A stretch of DNA of 63,586 nucleotides, the filler included, from Choristocarpus tenellus KU-1152 (taxonomy: Eukaryota > Protista > Phaeophyceae): assembly GCA_964200185.2 (NCBI GenBank). It is 9 parts of 9 records of this genome, joined end to end, with 100 filler letters (N's around TTAATTAATTAA, not from the genome) between each part and the next. Parts side by side here need not be neighbours in the genome. Positions count along the whole stretch, not along the records: positions 1 to 4,596 come from CAXNAD020013858.1; positions 4,697 to 12,679 come from CAXNAD020005307.1; 7 more parts are not named here. One strand, 5' to 3'. This document shows positions 1 to 12,679 of the stretch, in pieces; position 1 is the first letter of the stretch; each line of letters opens with the position of its first letter. The notes below the pieces were generated by a model, which was not told where the DNA came from, made no database searches, and saw only the letters and a program-made list of their open reading frames with translations. Both the position numbers and the translations under genes were made by a program.

Positions 1-1329
1 TTCTCAGTCAGTCAGCCATCCATATGACAATGAAACGCCGCCCCGAAAAAAACTACTTCAAAGTACTATTATTTTCTACAACCTCCACCATCGACAGTCA
101 AACGACTCCACCGACAGCACTAATTATTCAAGCAAGGAAGTTAACGCAGGGCATACATGTACACGACGATCAAACGAAATCGTTGCCGCCCCCCACACAC
201 TATCCTACTACCACCTTCGTCGGGATGGATTCCCATTCGTAGCGGGGCCCTCCAAACGTGCCGCAACAATTACAAAAAAAGCATATGGGCACTTTCCGCG
301 CACCATTCCGGGTCTCGCTCATTCTCCATAAAAAGCTCCATCCTCAATTTGGTGATCGGCTGTTTGGGGGGCATGTCACAGGTGAATAGCGCGAGCATTT
401 CTTCTTGCATTTCAACGTAGTGCGAGCATATGTTACACGCGAATAGCGCGAGCATTTTCTCCTCATGTTTTAGGAAATACGAATATTTGTGACTGACGTA
501 TAGCATGAGGATTGTTTCTCGAGTTCTGACAAGTACAAACTATACACGATATTAGTAACACATAGGTAGCCTTACAGAATAAAATATGATTTCGTAGAAG
601 ATGCAGAGTAAGATTCGGAATACCTACGTAACATTACAGAAGAAAATGTCAAAGTCACTAAGAAGTTGAAGAATAAAGGTTTATGATTGGAGTACCTATA
701 GAGCAGTTGATAGAAGACCAAAGAAATTAGGTGGATGATGAAAATAATAAGAGGGCTTCTAGTGGGAACACTTTTACCCCCCTTATGCACCAGCCTTTCG
801 AAACATTAAGTCAAGCTTTGAGCTAAGCACTGAGTGGAGTATCAATAGAAGGCTATCTGACACCCTACAAACCTTTGTAAAGGCAACGCCCCCATAGCGT
901 CGTTTTAAGGTCGTTGCATTTGAGTTGTACATCCTGTGGAGGTGAGTTCTGAGGGACTCCTGTAACACATTTGCCTTCCATTATTTGAGGGGGCCACCAA
1001 GCTCCTCCGCAGTCGCATACAACGGCACACCCACAGCCAGTACTATAACCTATCCTCATAGGTGATCTCCAACTATGCCCTCTCCCTGGCACTTCCCCCG
1101 CCTCCATCTTTAAAGGAGGACACCCTGTCACCCCACTGCTATGTGTGACATCTTGGTCACCTTCTTAAGCAGAGACAGGTTAATCATTTTGAACTCCTGC
1201 TTGCTCTCATCATTAGACGTCAACCTCTCCCACCTCACCTTGAAACGTCTGCCGACACTTATGAAAGTTCCAAATTCCTGATGTTCCTTTGGTCCTGGGA
1301 GGAAATTTCACAGCCAACACCTCAGCTTC

Positions 1330-1512
1330 AACATTGACTTCCTCATTGTCCCCTGCACTACCTTCGATAATATTTTAACTTCTTTGTTACTCTCACCTTC
1401 GCTTCCATAGTTGAGTGCGTAGGTCCAGCGTGATCGCCTGACCCCCACCTACCATGATGAAAAGCAGAACTATGATGTGGAAGAAGTATTGACGCACCGA
1501 AGAAGTGGTTGT
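1330..1512 (+). mobile_element. Decayed Ty3/gypsy (chromovirus-like) remnant
   Basis: NYDVEEVLTHRRSG near 1468-1509 resembles the start of an integrase-associated chromodomain; DFLIVPCTTFDNIL upstream is weakly protease-like; no intact ORF. Confidence 0.35.
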
Positions 1513-3150
1513 GTGATGCCTAGTTCTCCCACCCCCTTAAGCATGCATCATCTGTATGAACACCACCCAGTCAAATCGTCATTGTGACATTTTGTACATT
1601 TCAACTACCTGCACGACTACTGCCTGCGGCTTTTATATCCTATCCGATGTAATTTTCGTCAGAAACACCCACTCCCACTCGAAAGACCTCAAACCTACAC
1701 CCCGTCCATTCAATACACACACCCTTAGGCACTATAGTTCCCTCTCAAGAAAAAAAGTTTGAAGAAAGGGTAAAAAATGCGTCCATTTCGCCCAGCTTCT
1801 TTAGAATATCATAGCATATCAATATTAAATTTTTTGGTAATATCATCCCAAATATCAAAAATACCCCAAAGAAAAATTAACACTCATCACTATTTAACAA
1901 CGCCTATCTGTAGCGAAATAGTATTAATATAATAACCCACGTTTACTTCCTCAAGTTTTGACAAAAATTAGGTTAAAAAATTGACCAGAAAAAATTTATC
2001 TGCTGATAAATTTCTATACCGAGATAAAGCAAAATACAAAAACTCCAGTTTTGTAAAACTATCAATTTTTGACAAAACCCGAGTTCACTTCTGCTATTAC
2101 TTACACAACTTCGTTCAGTAGTTTGTAGTACTAATTTTGCAATTTTACATACCTTACCACTTACATTTTGCGGATGTTATGTGGAGAGAACCCAAGAAGA
2201 AACATACACAAATTACAACATCTAACACAACAATATTATATTTGGCATTTGGTCTTCCCCCATCAGACAGACCCAATAACGACCTAGCAGAACCCTCTTG
2301 TGAACTGTGGGCAAACCACGCCATTTTTGAATAATCATCAGAACCCCACTCTCCTAACTATTTCTTGTTACAAAGTAAACCTCATGAACAGGATAATTGG
2401 CTCTGGCATGTTTTAGTTATACATGTGTCTTGAAAAATGTTACTCTGTACAAAAACAACTTAGCAATTTCATTTTATCTCTTGACTTGAAAAACCTCCCT
2501 ACGTCACAATCTCACGATGTATCCCCTGCATTTATTTGTTGCGTAGGTCAGGCATTGTTGAACAAACACTAAAATAGAGTATCTTCAGTATGGGGTACAT
2601 TTGTACTGTGGACAGATGTTTCATGTTTGCTTACTGCACTCAACCTGTGCATTCCACAACTGAATGCAGAAGATTGTCCAGTTCAACAACCCTGCAATCA
2701 ACAACTCATGCGAAGATGAAAACCACCCAACTACCTTAGAATTTCAATACACCTTCACCCAATCACATTGTCTAACCACAAATCCAACCAGATGACCTAA
2801 AGGTCCGATCGCGTAGTCCCTAATCAATTGCTTCACATGCAGGTACTACACGCGTTCCTTAATCTATGTGGAACATGGCATCATTTTTTGATCCAAAACC
2901 GAAACTGATCTCTCATCTTCAACGTTCAACCTTTCCACCCTACTCTATCCCAGTGGTTCTTGCTGATGTCCAATTTTGTGACCACTTTGGAGATGACGTA
3001 CCCAATTACAGGTGGAATGTGTGCCAACCATTTTTCTAATTTTATGTTTTATTTAATAGATGAGGATCTAGGTTCCATTGTGTCTGTTTACATGCACTTC
3101 TCCGAGAGTAGTAGAGAGGCCCAACCTAAGGGTAAATTTACAGATTATAG

Positions 3151-3408
3151 GAGCCAAAGTATCATAGAGGGTACAGCCGCGTCCATTTGGGGGCCAAAGT
3201 CCAATGTTACAATTTTGATGTAATTTTGGCAATTGTGTGTGTTAGCAAGTGTCAATGTCGATGTTCTGGACACACCTTTTAATAACATACACATTTTACC
3301 CACTCCGAAACATTTTGGAGAAGGAAAATGTATTAAAAAGTCCATGGGAAGCCAAACCCAAAATGGACAAACAGGTCAAAACTCGTACCCTCTAAGATAC
3401 TTTCACTC
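3151..3408. mobile_element. MITE family B (about 258 bp), copy 1; PIF/Harbinger (Tourist)-like
   Basis: Terminal inverted repeats GAGCCAAAGTATCATAGAGGGTAC / GTACCCTCTAAGATACTTTCACTC, flanked by TAG on both sides; body aligns along its length with 24288-24546. Confidence 0.85.
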
Positions 3409-4007
3409 TAGGAGGTAAGACCGTCTATATCATTCTTGCTTACTTCTAAGAGACTTGCTAAGATTCTCAAGGGGAATGCGATTCAAACTGTAGATCTCGG
3501 GAGGGTCATTTTTGTTACAGGAGAATAGCATATCTGCTTTTGCGCTTCCAACCAGTGTAAGCATTCTTGCTATGATAGTCCTTACTTTTGGGCTTTTTTG
3601 TATGCATTTATTGAGACAATATTTTTGTGTCTTGTATTTGTTTGATAGTTGTGAAGGAGGAGAGTCTTACTACGACATTCCCTATTTAATGTGGTTGTTA
3701 GACATTTTGTCTGTATTTGTTTGTGTTGATTGTTGTGTGAAGGGGGAGAGTATTGCTATGACACCCCCTATTTTGACCTTACTGAAAGACTTTTGAATTT
3801 ATTTGTTTGTATGTTTGTAAATCCAAGTGAGAGATACAGTATACGTGACGACTTGTATATCAGGAGTTCTGTACGTGCATCAGCGCCATCTGTAGGCTTG
3901 TGGACTGGAACTGTGAAACATGTGTTTATTCTCCTTTGTGGGCCTGGCAAGTATATATTTTTGATGGATGCGACCNNNNNNNNNNGGCTTGTGGACTGGA
4001 ACTATAC

Positions 4008-4192
4008 GGCTCAAAGTATCTGAGGGGGGGGTGGCGGCTGTCCCTTTGGGTTCAATTTTTTCATGTCACGATTTTTTTGGTGATTTGGTTGCATACATCG
4101 GATGGATAATGTAAATGCATTTTTCCTCATTTTGGGCCAAATGGACACATTGGTGTAGACCTCCCCCACCCCCCCCTCAGATACTTCGGGTC
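4008..4192 (+). mobile_element. MITE family A (about 180 bp), complete copy
   Basis: TIRs GGCTCAAAGTATCTGAGGGGG / CCCCCTCAGATACTTCGGGTC, flanked by TAC on both sides; homologous copies elsewhere in the window. Confidence 0.85.
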
Positions 4193-4596
4193 TACATCCC
4201 ATGGAGATAAGTTTTGGAGCGTGCTGTAACATTTTAACGCTGATTATAACAAGGAATAAAATATAATTCTTACATTGGGCTGGGAGACAGACCCCTTCAC
4301 TGGACGTTGGACCTGGGGGAGAGGAAAGAGAGGTATAGGCCTAGGAGGGTTGGATACACTTCTCCTGAGTCTGGCATAACAGTTTTACCGGCGCCCTTGA
4401 CTATTGACTAGTTAATTTGGTCAACTTCACAGTTCAGAGAAAAACAGAAAATGGGGTTTGTAAAGGAAATGAAAAAACAAATGCAGCCACAGTTATTCGT
4501 AGATAATGCTGCTGATACACTACAGACACCATCGGTGGAGTAGATTAGAAAATGCAGACACCACTGGTGGGTCAAAGTATCTGGGAGGGGGTGTGG

Positions 4597-4696
4597 NNNN
4601 NNNNNNNNNNNNNNNNNNNNNNNNNNNNNNNNNNNNNNNNTTAATTAATTAANNNNNNNNNNNNNNNNNNNNNNNNNNNNNNNNNNNNNNNNNNNN
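4597..4696. other. Artificial contig linker (N44-TTAATTAATTAA-N44); also at 12680-12779, 19991-20090, 26772-26871, 31427-31526, 36436-36535, 42180-42279, 57846-57945
   Basis: Identical 100-nt spacer with a six-frame stop core recurs eight times; genes are cut at these points. Confidence 0.97.
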
Positions 4697-4754
4697 ATTT
4701 ATTCTGCTGGTGAGGGTGCAAGGGCGGGCGCAATTTCGCCCGTCTTAGAATCGG

Positions 4755-4921
4755 CTGGGGGGGGGGGAGGGGGGGTCTACACCCGGGTGTCCATTTCGGT
4801 CATACCAAGAAAAGTGCACTTACATTATTCATCCAAAGCATGCAACCAAATCACCCCAAAATCGCAATATCAAAAAAATTGGTCCCAATTGGACAGTCGC
4901 CACCCTCCCTCAGATACTTTG
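4755..4921 (-). mobile_element. MITE family A copy, inverted, one end degenerate
   Basis: Reverse complement of the 4008-4192 body, ending CCCTCAGATACTTTG. Further partial ends at about 4569-4596, 26920-26978 and 36545-36595. Confidence 0.8.
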
Positions 4922-5084
4922 CGAATTTGGTAGGGTAATGGCAATTCTGGAGATACCACAGTACTTTGTGGAACAGTGAAATATATATATATATATATAT
5001 TTGTGGCATGATGTGGTAACGGTTTTCTTAGTAAGAAAAAAAATCATGGTTTGGTACGGAAGTACTATACGGTAGGGTTACAGA

Positions 5085-5370
5085 TTTGAAGTACACATTA
5101 CGATACACTTCATTTGAAGAATACTTTACGATACAATTCATTTGAAGTATACTTTACGATACACTTCATTTGAAGTATACTTTACGATACAATTCATTTG
5201 AAGTGTACTTTACGATACACTTCATTTGAAGTATACTTTACGATACAATTCATTTGAAGTATACTTTACGATACAATTCATTTGAAGTATACTTTAGCAT
5301 ACACTTCACTTGAAGTATACTTTACCATACACTTCACTTGAAGTATACTTTACCATACACTCCAGTTGAA
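5085..5370. repeat. 28-bp minisatellite, about 10 copies (TTTGAAGTATACTTTACGATACA[A/C]TTCA)
   Basis: Exact 28-nt period (5141, 5169 ... 5281); units abut with no spacers. Confidence 0.95.
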
Positions 5371-5720
5371 CTGTACCGAATGTCCCGATTATGTTAACAG
5401 CACACGGTACCTTTTCCTTACATTCCAACAGTACTTGAGGAAATATTCAAGTTACCGTCGTTAAGCTCCTATGGTACCAAGAAAGTACCAAGAAAGTACC
5501 AAGAAAGTATCATGAAAGTACCGTAGCGATATCGCAGCAGTCAGTACTGTGACCAGCCTTGATACTCTTGTGCACACTACATAAGGGTGAGGTGCTCTCT
5601 CCGGACAGAAAAAGAAAAACAATGAACTGCCCTTGAATTGACTTCGAAGGCGTGTCGCTCCCACATCAGTGGGTTCAGGGACTCTCAAACTCTAAAACGC
5701 ATCGTCCGTATCACAGTTGG

Positions 5721-5747
5721 CTCTCTCTCTCTCTCTCTCTCTCTCTC
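5721..5747. repeat. (CT)n microsatellite
   Basis: Seen directly. Confidence 0.9.
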
Positions 5748-6239
5748 CGTCCCTCTACCGTTCCACATTCAAGACGTCGAGAGTATCGCCTGCTACTCAA
5801 CCTAAGCGCAGAGGCGTTTGCGTCAATGCATAGAGAAGAGGAGAGTTAATTTTTTTAAAAATTAAGAATAATAACAAACGAAAATATAACTGCGCGAGTT
5901 TATGTGGCAGACAGGACATACAAACAAACACCTTCAAAGAAATCCGTGCATGAAGTCCCTACCCCCACACCTCCCTCTACACACAAGACCTACAGACACT
6001 GCTTACGTGCATATCGCGTAATGAATTCAAATGGTGAAAAAAAAAAAGTTGCAAGTAACCTGCACCGGCTGTCTTCTCTTCACTCAGATAAAAATTACAT
6101 TTTGTTTTTTTTTAACTGAAACCTCAGCGAGTGGGGAAAGTGGGCGAGCTCTCTAGTTCTTCGCCCTGAGAGCAAGTCTTCATGACGCACGTGTCTCATC
6201 ATCTTGAACCTCGTGTGTACACAGAATATAGAGGGTTCT

Positions 6240-6430
6240 CATGTGGCTTGGCGGTCAAGGCGACGGCTACCCCCGCCCACATGAATTTCCCGGGTTCAAA
6301 TCTCCTTGACGCCAGACTTCTTTTCCGTCAAATCTGATATTGCTGATGCTATTCCACGTGGCAAGCACAACGGACTGCGTACCTACAAGTTATTTCTGAC
6401 TACTACCTATACTATCTATCCTATCTGTCA
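6240..6430 (+). mobile_element. tRNA-derived SINE-like element or tRNA pseudogene
   Basis: A-box-like TGGCTTGGCGGTCAAGGCG and B-box GGTTCAAATC at Pol III spacing; no proper acceptor or anticodon stem; CTA/CTAT-rich tail near 6395-6430. Confidence 0.5.
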
Positions 6431-8416
6431 CTACACCACAAAATAAGACAGAACAAGATCAAGATGGTAATGTCAAGGCAAGTCCAGGACAAGACTTGGG
6501 GGAGGAAACAGTCACGAGTGACGAGGGGTGGGAGTACTGAACCCAATGTGTGACAAGCAAGTCACAAACAGAGGCAGTATGAGAAGTCGTGTCAATATTG
6601 ATATCGCAACAGTTACCTAATAGTAGTTAGTATGCAAAGTAGTGTCGTGTCTAGTGCCTCTGACCACAGATCGGGACAAGTCCGAGACTAAAATGCAAAA
6701 ATAAAATAAAAGCTAAAACAATGTAGGAGTATGTTCCTGGCACTGCCTCTTCACCTCGCCCGTGTGCTTGGATGAACAGGGTGGGTACGCCTTGCAAGTC
6801 ATCTGTTTGCTGCATCTTGTGCCGGCTCTAACCGGCTCTATCTTTTCCGCTACCTCTAGGTCTCGTGCATTCCAACATTCTGCAAGAGTGCTTTCATTCG
6901 AAACAAGTCCGCTTCTTCGGTGTCTTCATGAACCTGGACTGCTAGAAAACCCTTCGCATATACGTGGAAACCCCTACACACATGGTAATTCATCCACATA
7001 TGCATGATTCTGTCTACTCCAATCCAAACATCCACACCAACGCCACACACCAAGATGACAAAACCAACAATAAAACCTGCATACTGTGTGGATCAGGGTC
7101 ACAAGTCGGCAACGATTCAGCAGTGCCTATCATCTTCTCACGCCCTCATTGGTGCGACACGAGGTGCATTCAATTCCGATATCATATTTCGGATATGATA
7201 TATCGATGTAGTGGTATTTCCGATATCAGTATTTCTGATATCTCGATATAGCATTCAAGGATGTTAGACAAGAAAAAACGAATCTTGCAAGCAATCAAGG
7301 GTCAAACTAGCCATCAGCTGACATCTCTTTAGAATGTAGTGCTACTTTATTATGAGTGATTCAAGTAGATGACGTACTTGTGACTGATGGAAATGTGCAC
7401 TGGCCTCTCCCTAAACTGAAATTGTACCTTATCCTGCCCCAGTTACGCACAGGGGCATCTATGTGTCTTCAACAAGGTACAAGTACAAAAGATGTATAGA
7501 GAGGTACTTCTTAAAAACACACATTTCACTTTCATGGAGACATATTTCTTTCACAACACACATTTCAAGAACAAGGAGGAGAGTTCTTCATCTGGTGTTT
7601 GTCATACAGTGCCTCAAGTACACACAACCCCATCAGTGTAAAACTGAAAGAAAAAAAAATCTTGGTGGTTTCATCATCGTAAGCTTGTAGAACACAAATA
7701 AGAGACTACAATAACGCCATTTGATTATCAACACATCCCCCACACAGCCAACCCCTAACCATATTCCTGGGTGTGTCTGTTAGGAAGCAGGGGGGGGGGG
7801 GGGGGGGGGGAAGGTCCAAGAGCTCTCAACAATGTTCCAGCTACTGTTGCGCTTGCCAATATCTTTTTGTTAACACAGTTGTTTGCTCTTTCTGCTCCCC
7901 AAATCACCAATTATATGCCCTACTCAATTGAAAAACTAACAAAACACCCAAACTGACCTGGCACATGTTATCCAGGTGAGTAACAACTGCTTGGCATCTT
8001 TTGACCTGCCCAAGATTGGTGGAAGGTATTGAAGTCACAGACAATACGTTAGTGGTGAGTTGTTTGCAATTTAATCAACAGATATCAGGCATGCAGCATC
8101 TCCTTGCTTGTGGAAGTAGCAAGGACAGGCGGTGCAGGGAAAGGGATGTTGACTTGGGGCCAAACATGCACCTATCCCGAAGAGATGGACCCAAACAAAC
8201 GACAACTTGAACTTCACCTACTTTCGTGAGTCAGTTGTACACCAAAGTATTGAAGATGCAAATACTGCCAGGATACAACCTGAAATCAACACCAAGCAAT
8301 CAATATCGCCCAATGCCTGGTATTCCTCAATTTTGTTTGTTCAACTGTGAGTACACATACTATATATATATCTGTGCGTGCATTGGGGTATAGGGGGGAG
8401 ATACGTAATAAATCAC

Positions 8417-9743
8417 CTGTGTGGTGAGGCGGCTGCACTCTCCAAGGTGATTAGCTGTCAGGGTACCGAGCGAGGACTCAGGGCTATCTACCTCTCTTGC
8501 TAACATTTGCACTTCGTTCTTCAGCATCTGCTTGTAGGAGAAGGGTATTGTCATAGGCAGGGAGGTTTGAAGTACAATGTGTATAGTCAGGTGTTTAGAG
8601 ATATCGAAGTAGAGGCCTATGTCTGAGGCTAAGAGTTGACACCGAGTTTGAATTACTTCAGTTTAATATCTGAACCCCAGTCAACCAGGAGAGCTATTCC
8701 TTGTTGTCCAGTGCACTACCGTAGTGTCCTCTGTCCACTCTCATATCCCTGTACCTCACTCGAAGTGTGTTGTGTGATGCACTGTGAGTCCCATTTTTCA
8801 AGCTTGTGAGTGCGCGAGATACGGACAGACGAGATGTAACGGAATCATGTCATAAGATGAAGGGGAGGTCCCTAAGTCCACCAACAGCAGCTGCCTGTCC
8901 CATCGTCCATCTCTCAGCTACTCTTCGAGGTTTGATCCTGCCCCCCCTCTAGCTACAACACTTGCTATCAGTGGAGCCGCAACGAGAGTTTCTGGGGTGC
9001 AAGGATTTAGGTCGGGCATGCGTCTCGTACCATTTAGCGTTGTGTGCGATAAGGCTGCACTGGAGAGCATATACTGACGGCAAGAGATTCGTCATCTAAA
9101 AGAGACACCTTTAATTTGACATACTTTTACACAACAAAGATACAGTGCCTCCACGAAAGCACGACAAAACACCGCCACCAGACTGCTTGGAGTAGTACCT
9201 ATCCCCCGTACTATCCCCTTGGCTAGTCTATTATACTGCTCCGAACGCACCCTTTCATTTATGGGATCGAGTGGCTCACAACACAAAAACCACAAGCATG
9301 TCGCACTCTTCAAGAGTCTCCTTCCTAGGACAGATTGATAATAGACTTTTTGAGGAAGAGGGGAAGCCACTCGGCCATTAGAAAATTTAGGTCCACATTA
9401 CTGCCCATATCAAAAATCTCAGAGCAGAGCACGCGCAATTTTGCCTTTTACAAATGAAAACCGTCTGAATACGACACTTGATCACCTGCAACCTCCTCTC
9501 AGCACCACTGCTACAGTCGAAGGAGCCCTCAGCATCGACTTTCTCATACTGCTGGCTCTTTATAGCCGCCTGAATCTGAGCCGTCACCGATTGGAGCTCT
9601 TCTTCAATGTCATCAAGGCGGGTGCAGATATCATCCTTGGACAATTGCATGCTAACCAGGTCCAATACTGCAGAACTTGTTTGGAGTTCTATTCTTGAGT
9701 TAGGGAAATCGAAATTCAAATAGATGCGCGCGAGTGAAGACAT
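8417..9743 (-). CDS. Probable spliced gene of unknown function with a coiled-coil N-terminus; exon structure unresolved
   Basis: ORF 9743 MSSLARI...LDDIEEELQSVTAQIQAAIK...RRLQ ends at CAG|GTGAT; a second AG/GT-bounded exon-like block (MLKNEVQMLAREVD...LTTQ) at about 8528-8418. Confidence 0.4.
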
Positions 9744-9809
9744 GATCCGCGCAGAATCCCAACCATAGTTGGTTCAAAACTTGGGAGACGATCATGTTTT
9801 ATACTATTA

Positions 9810-10900
9810 TTACTTATATATCAGTCCATGTAACATTGGCTTGGCTTATTCCACAACACGTCTACAAAATGTCAGGGGGCATAATACCATAATAATTTTC
9901 ACCTCAACACCTTCACGGTGGAAAATTTTGGTCGGTTCGGTTAAGTAAGCAGAAAGTTTTCTGGATGAATTGGTTATTCACACAGTAGGGGAGAGAGGGA
10001 CAGGAGGCTACAGGAGGAAAGGAGCTGCCAAATCCCGTCACTACACAACAAGCGGCTCTCTCAATACCTATCGTGCTTTTTATGATGGAGGCACTGGAGA
10101 GATGGGCAACGAGAGTCTGTCGATTCTTGGGATACTTCCCTAGCTCCACACCTGGGGTGTAGGGCCAACGTAGGTTGGAGGCATAGGAGGGGAGAGGTGT
10201 AGCATAGCTGGTACTCAAATAGGAAATAGATTTTAGATAGTTTTCACATTTGCAACAACTGATACTATTACAGAGTTCTTGTGATATTGATTTGACTTTT
10301 CCCCTGACACATCTGCAAAATTTCAGAAGGCAAAATAGTATATAATTTCCGCATGGATCTGGTCTTCCATGCTGGGGCACATACAGACGCCGGATCAGCT
10401 CCGTACCGAGACAAAGGTCTCCTTCTAGATTTAACGTTTGAAGAAGTGCAAACTGCCTCCCATCTATCACACTCACCCACCAGCAATGGTGAAGCTGCTG
10501 CTGGGGCTGAGGCGCGAAATCGCACCCACTATAAGAGTTCTTTTGACCCTTGTAGATATAACCCCAACACCCTTACGGTGAGAGTTTTGACTGGCTCGGT
10601 AAGTAAACTGAACATTTTCTGGAGGAGTTGGCTATACACACAGTAGGGGGGAGAGGAACAGGAGGCTACAGCAGGAAAGGGGTTGTCAAATCCCGTTTAC
10701 GACAGAGAGTGTCTGTCACTACACAACAAGTAACTCTATCCAGACGTGTCGTGTGTTTTAAACTGGAGACACCAGGGAGATGGGCAAGGACGGGCTTGTG
10801 ATAGATTCATTGGGATGCTTCCCTAGGATATTTAAGTGGTTTTTCATTGGTTTTCGCCCTGACACGTCTGGAAAATGTTAGAGCTCATACTAATAAAGTA
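9810..10900 (+). mobile_element. Three 5'-truncated CRE-like non-LTR retrotransposon 3' ends in head-to-tail order (about 9810-9897, 9915-10347, 10350-10900)
   Basis: ORF 10353 (MDLVFHAG...LLLDLTF...AAAGAEARNRTHY...FDP) is homologous to the - strand copy; each unit ends in a ...ACAC(A/G)TCT..AAAATGTCAGAGGGCATAAT-like tail. Confidence 0.85.
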
Positions 10901-10932
10901 ACATATTCTGTGTTGGTCCATACCTTAACTCA

Positions 10933-12679
10933 CTATATTATTATGCCCTATGACATTTTGGAGATGTAACAAGGAAAATACTAATGAAACCTATTAACAT
11001 GTCTTTGTGAAATGTATTACTATTTGATTTTATGCCCTCTGACATTTTGGAGATGTGTCAGGGGGGAAACCAATGAAAACTATTCACATGTCGGTATAAA
11101 TCCTTAAGAAATTATGTCACAACTGTGAAAAACACTAAGCTATTTGTTATTTCACTACTATCTATGTCGAACCTCTGCCTTCCTGTACCTCCAATCTACC
11201 TATTCCTGCATCCCAGGGTGAGGAGTTAGGGAGGCATCCCAAGAATCCAACAAACCCTTCCGTGCCCATCTTCCTGGTGACTCCAGCTTAAAACGCATGA
11301 CACGTTTAGACAGTGCACTTGCATAGTTACTGAAACAATTTGGCGTGGACAGGATTTGACCGCCCCTTTCCTGCCATAACCTCCAGTTCCTCTCCCCCCC
11401 ACCATGAGTGTAGCCAGCTCATCCAGGAAGCATTCCGCTTGCTTGCTGAGGCACCCAAAAATTTCCCCACTGCAAAGGTGTTGAGGTTGTAACTATGAGG
11501 ATCAAAAGAGCCCTCGTAGTGGGTGCGCTTTCGCGCCTCCACTGCAGCAGCAGCTATACCATTGCTGCTAGATGAGTGTACAAGATGGGAGGTTGCCTGC
11601 ACTTCTGCAAATGTAACACCTAGCAGAAGGCCTTTGTCCTTGTAGGGAGCTGTTCCAGTGTCCGCAAGTGCCCCTGCATGGAAGACTAGATCCATGCGGA
11701 GATTCCTGTCTACCATGAATGGGCTGCCGTCCTCTATAGTGCAAGGGATGCCCATTTCCTTGCATAGTCGGCTTAGGCATTTCACCATGGGTATGTGCTG
11801 TCGAACCTGTCCTCCTGCCTTGGGGCAGGTATGGGCATGTCTGGTGTCGATATTTTGCCTCCTGCACCCCGCCACTGGGCCCCTGTTTGAGAGGGACTAC
11901 TCCCTCCCTAGGGGTCTGCTGGCTGTAAGCTTGAATTCTATAGGGGGGATCTGGCATGCCGACTCTAGGGGTTACGCTGAGGCCCATGCGTTTGCCCCTT
12001 GTCCACACTGACTCCAGTGGCATGCTAGGGTTAATGAGGAACTTTCCTTCCCCTGGTGTGCTTCTCTTGGTCTGCCGGCTAATTGTGTCTGGAGGGAGTT
12101 AAAACAGATCCTGTTCAGGAGGTGTGTGATCTCATGTTGAGCCCTCCTCGTGATCCTGGCGTCATGGGCTGTCAGGATGTGGACCTTGGGGGCAGGTGCA
12201 GGGGATGTTGTTCCCCCACAGGTTACCCATTCTTGGCCAATGATTTCTACGAGATCTTCTGAGGGGATACCCGTAGAATAGAGGGTGTGAATGGACAATC
12301 CTAAAGTCTGTACTGTGGGGCTCATGCAAACAGCTTATGAGAGGACTCCCCATAGATAGGGCCCTTGCTGCCTTGCTAGGAGAGTGGGGAGAGTAGCCAT
12401 GAGTGATCCTACGAAAGACACATGTTGGTGGTGTTTCATAGAGGAGAGGCCCAGACCCCCCTGCACTTGTGGACATCTGTGCCTGTACTTGTTGGTGGGT
12501 CCCTAGGCAGAGAGACCCATTGTTACTCCCTCACAGAAATCCGTCGCCTTTGTTGAGTCTGCTACCTCCATTATCCTCTCTAGTGTCCATAAGGAGGTGC
12601 TATCTGCTTGCTCCATGGTGGATTGTGCCAGGAGGAGGGGAGTGATTCTCTCAAGATAGCCTAGGCGGGAGGAGAGGGA
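10933..12679 (-). mobile_element. Decayed CRE-like (restriction-like endonuclease) non-LTR retrotransposon at about 11015-12679, plus a short extra tail copy at about 10933-11012
   Basis: Zinc-knuckle remnant C...RHAHTC..GG..RQH, then RLE motifs RMDLV, LLLGVT, AAAAVEARKRTHY, FDP...FAVG; frameshifts and stops; cut by the linker. Confidence 0.85.

Noticed and set aside
383-458. Direct repeat GAATAGCGCGAGCATTT (two copies)
   Set aside because: Real but isolated at the window edge; no element boundaries can be defined.
3895-4003. 18-bp direct repeat GGCTTGTGGACTGGAACT around a 10-N gap
   Set aside because: One copy starts exactly at the scaffold gap; probably an assembly overlap or haplotype artefact.
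4641-4652. Recurrent TTAATTAATTAA palindrome as a biological motif
   Set aside because: Always centred in a 100-nt N spacer; synthetic six-frame stop linker. ORFs ending XXXLIN are artefacts.
5085-5370. CRISPR array
   Set aside because: The 28-bp units abut with no unique spacers, there are no cas genes, and the context is eukaryotic.
6240-6315. Functional tRNA gene
   Set aside because: No pairing acceptor or anticodon stem; kept only as SINE-like.
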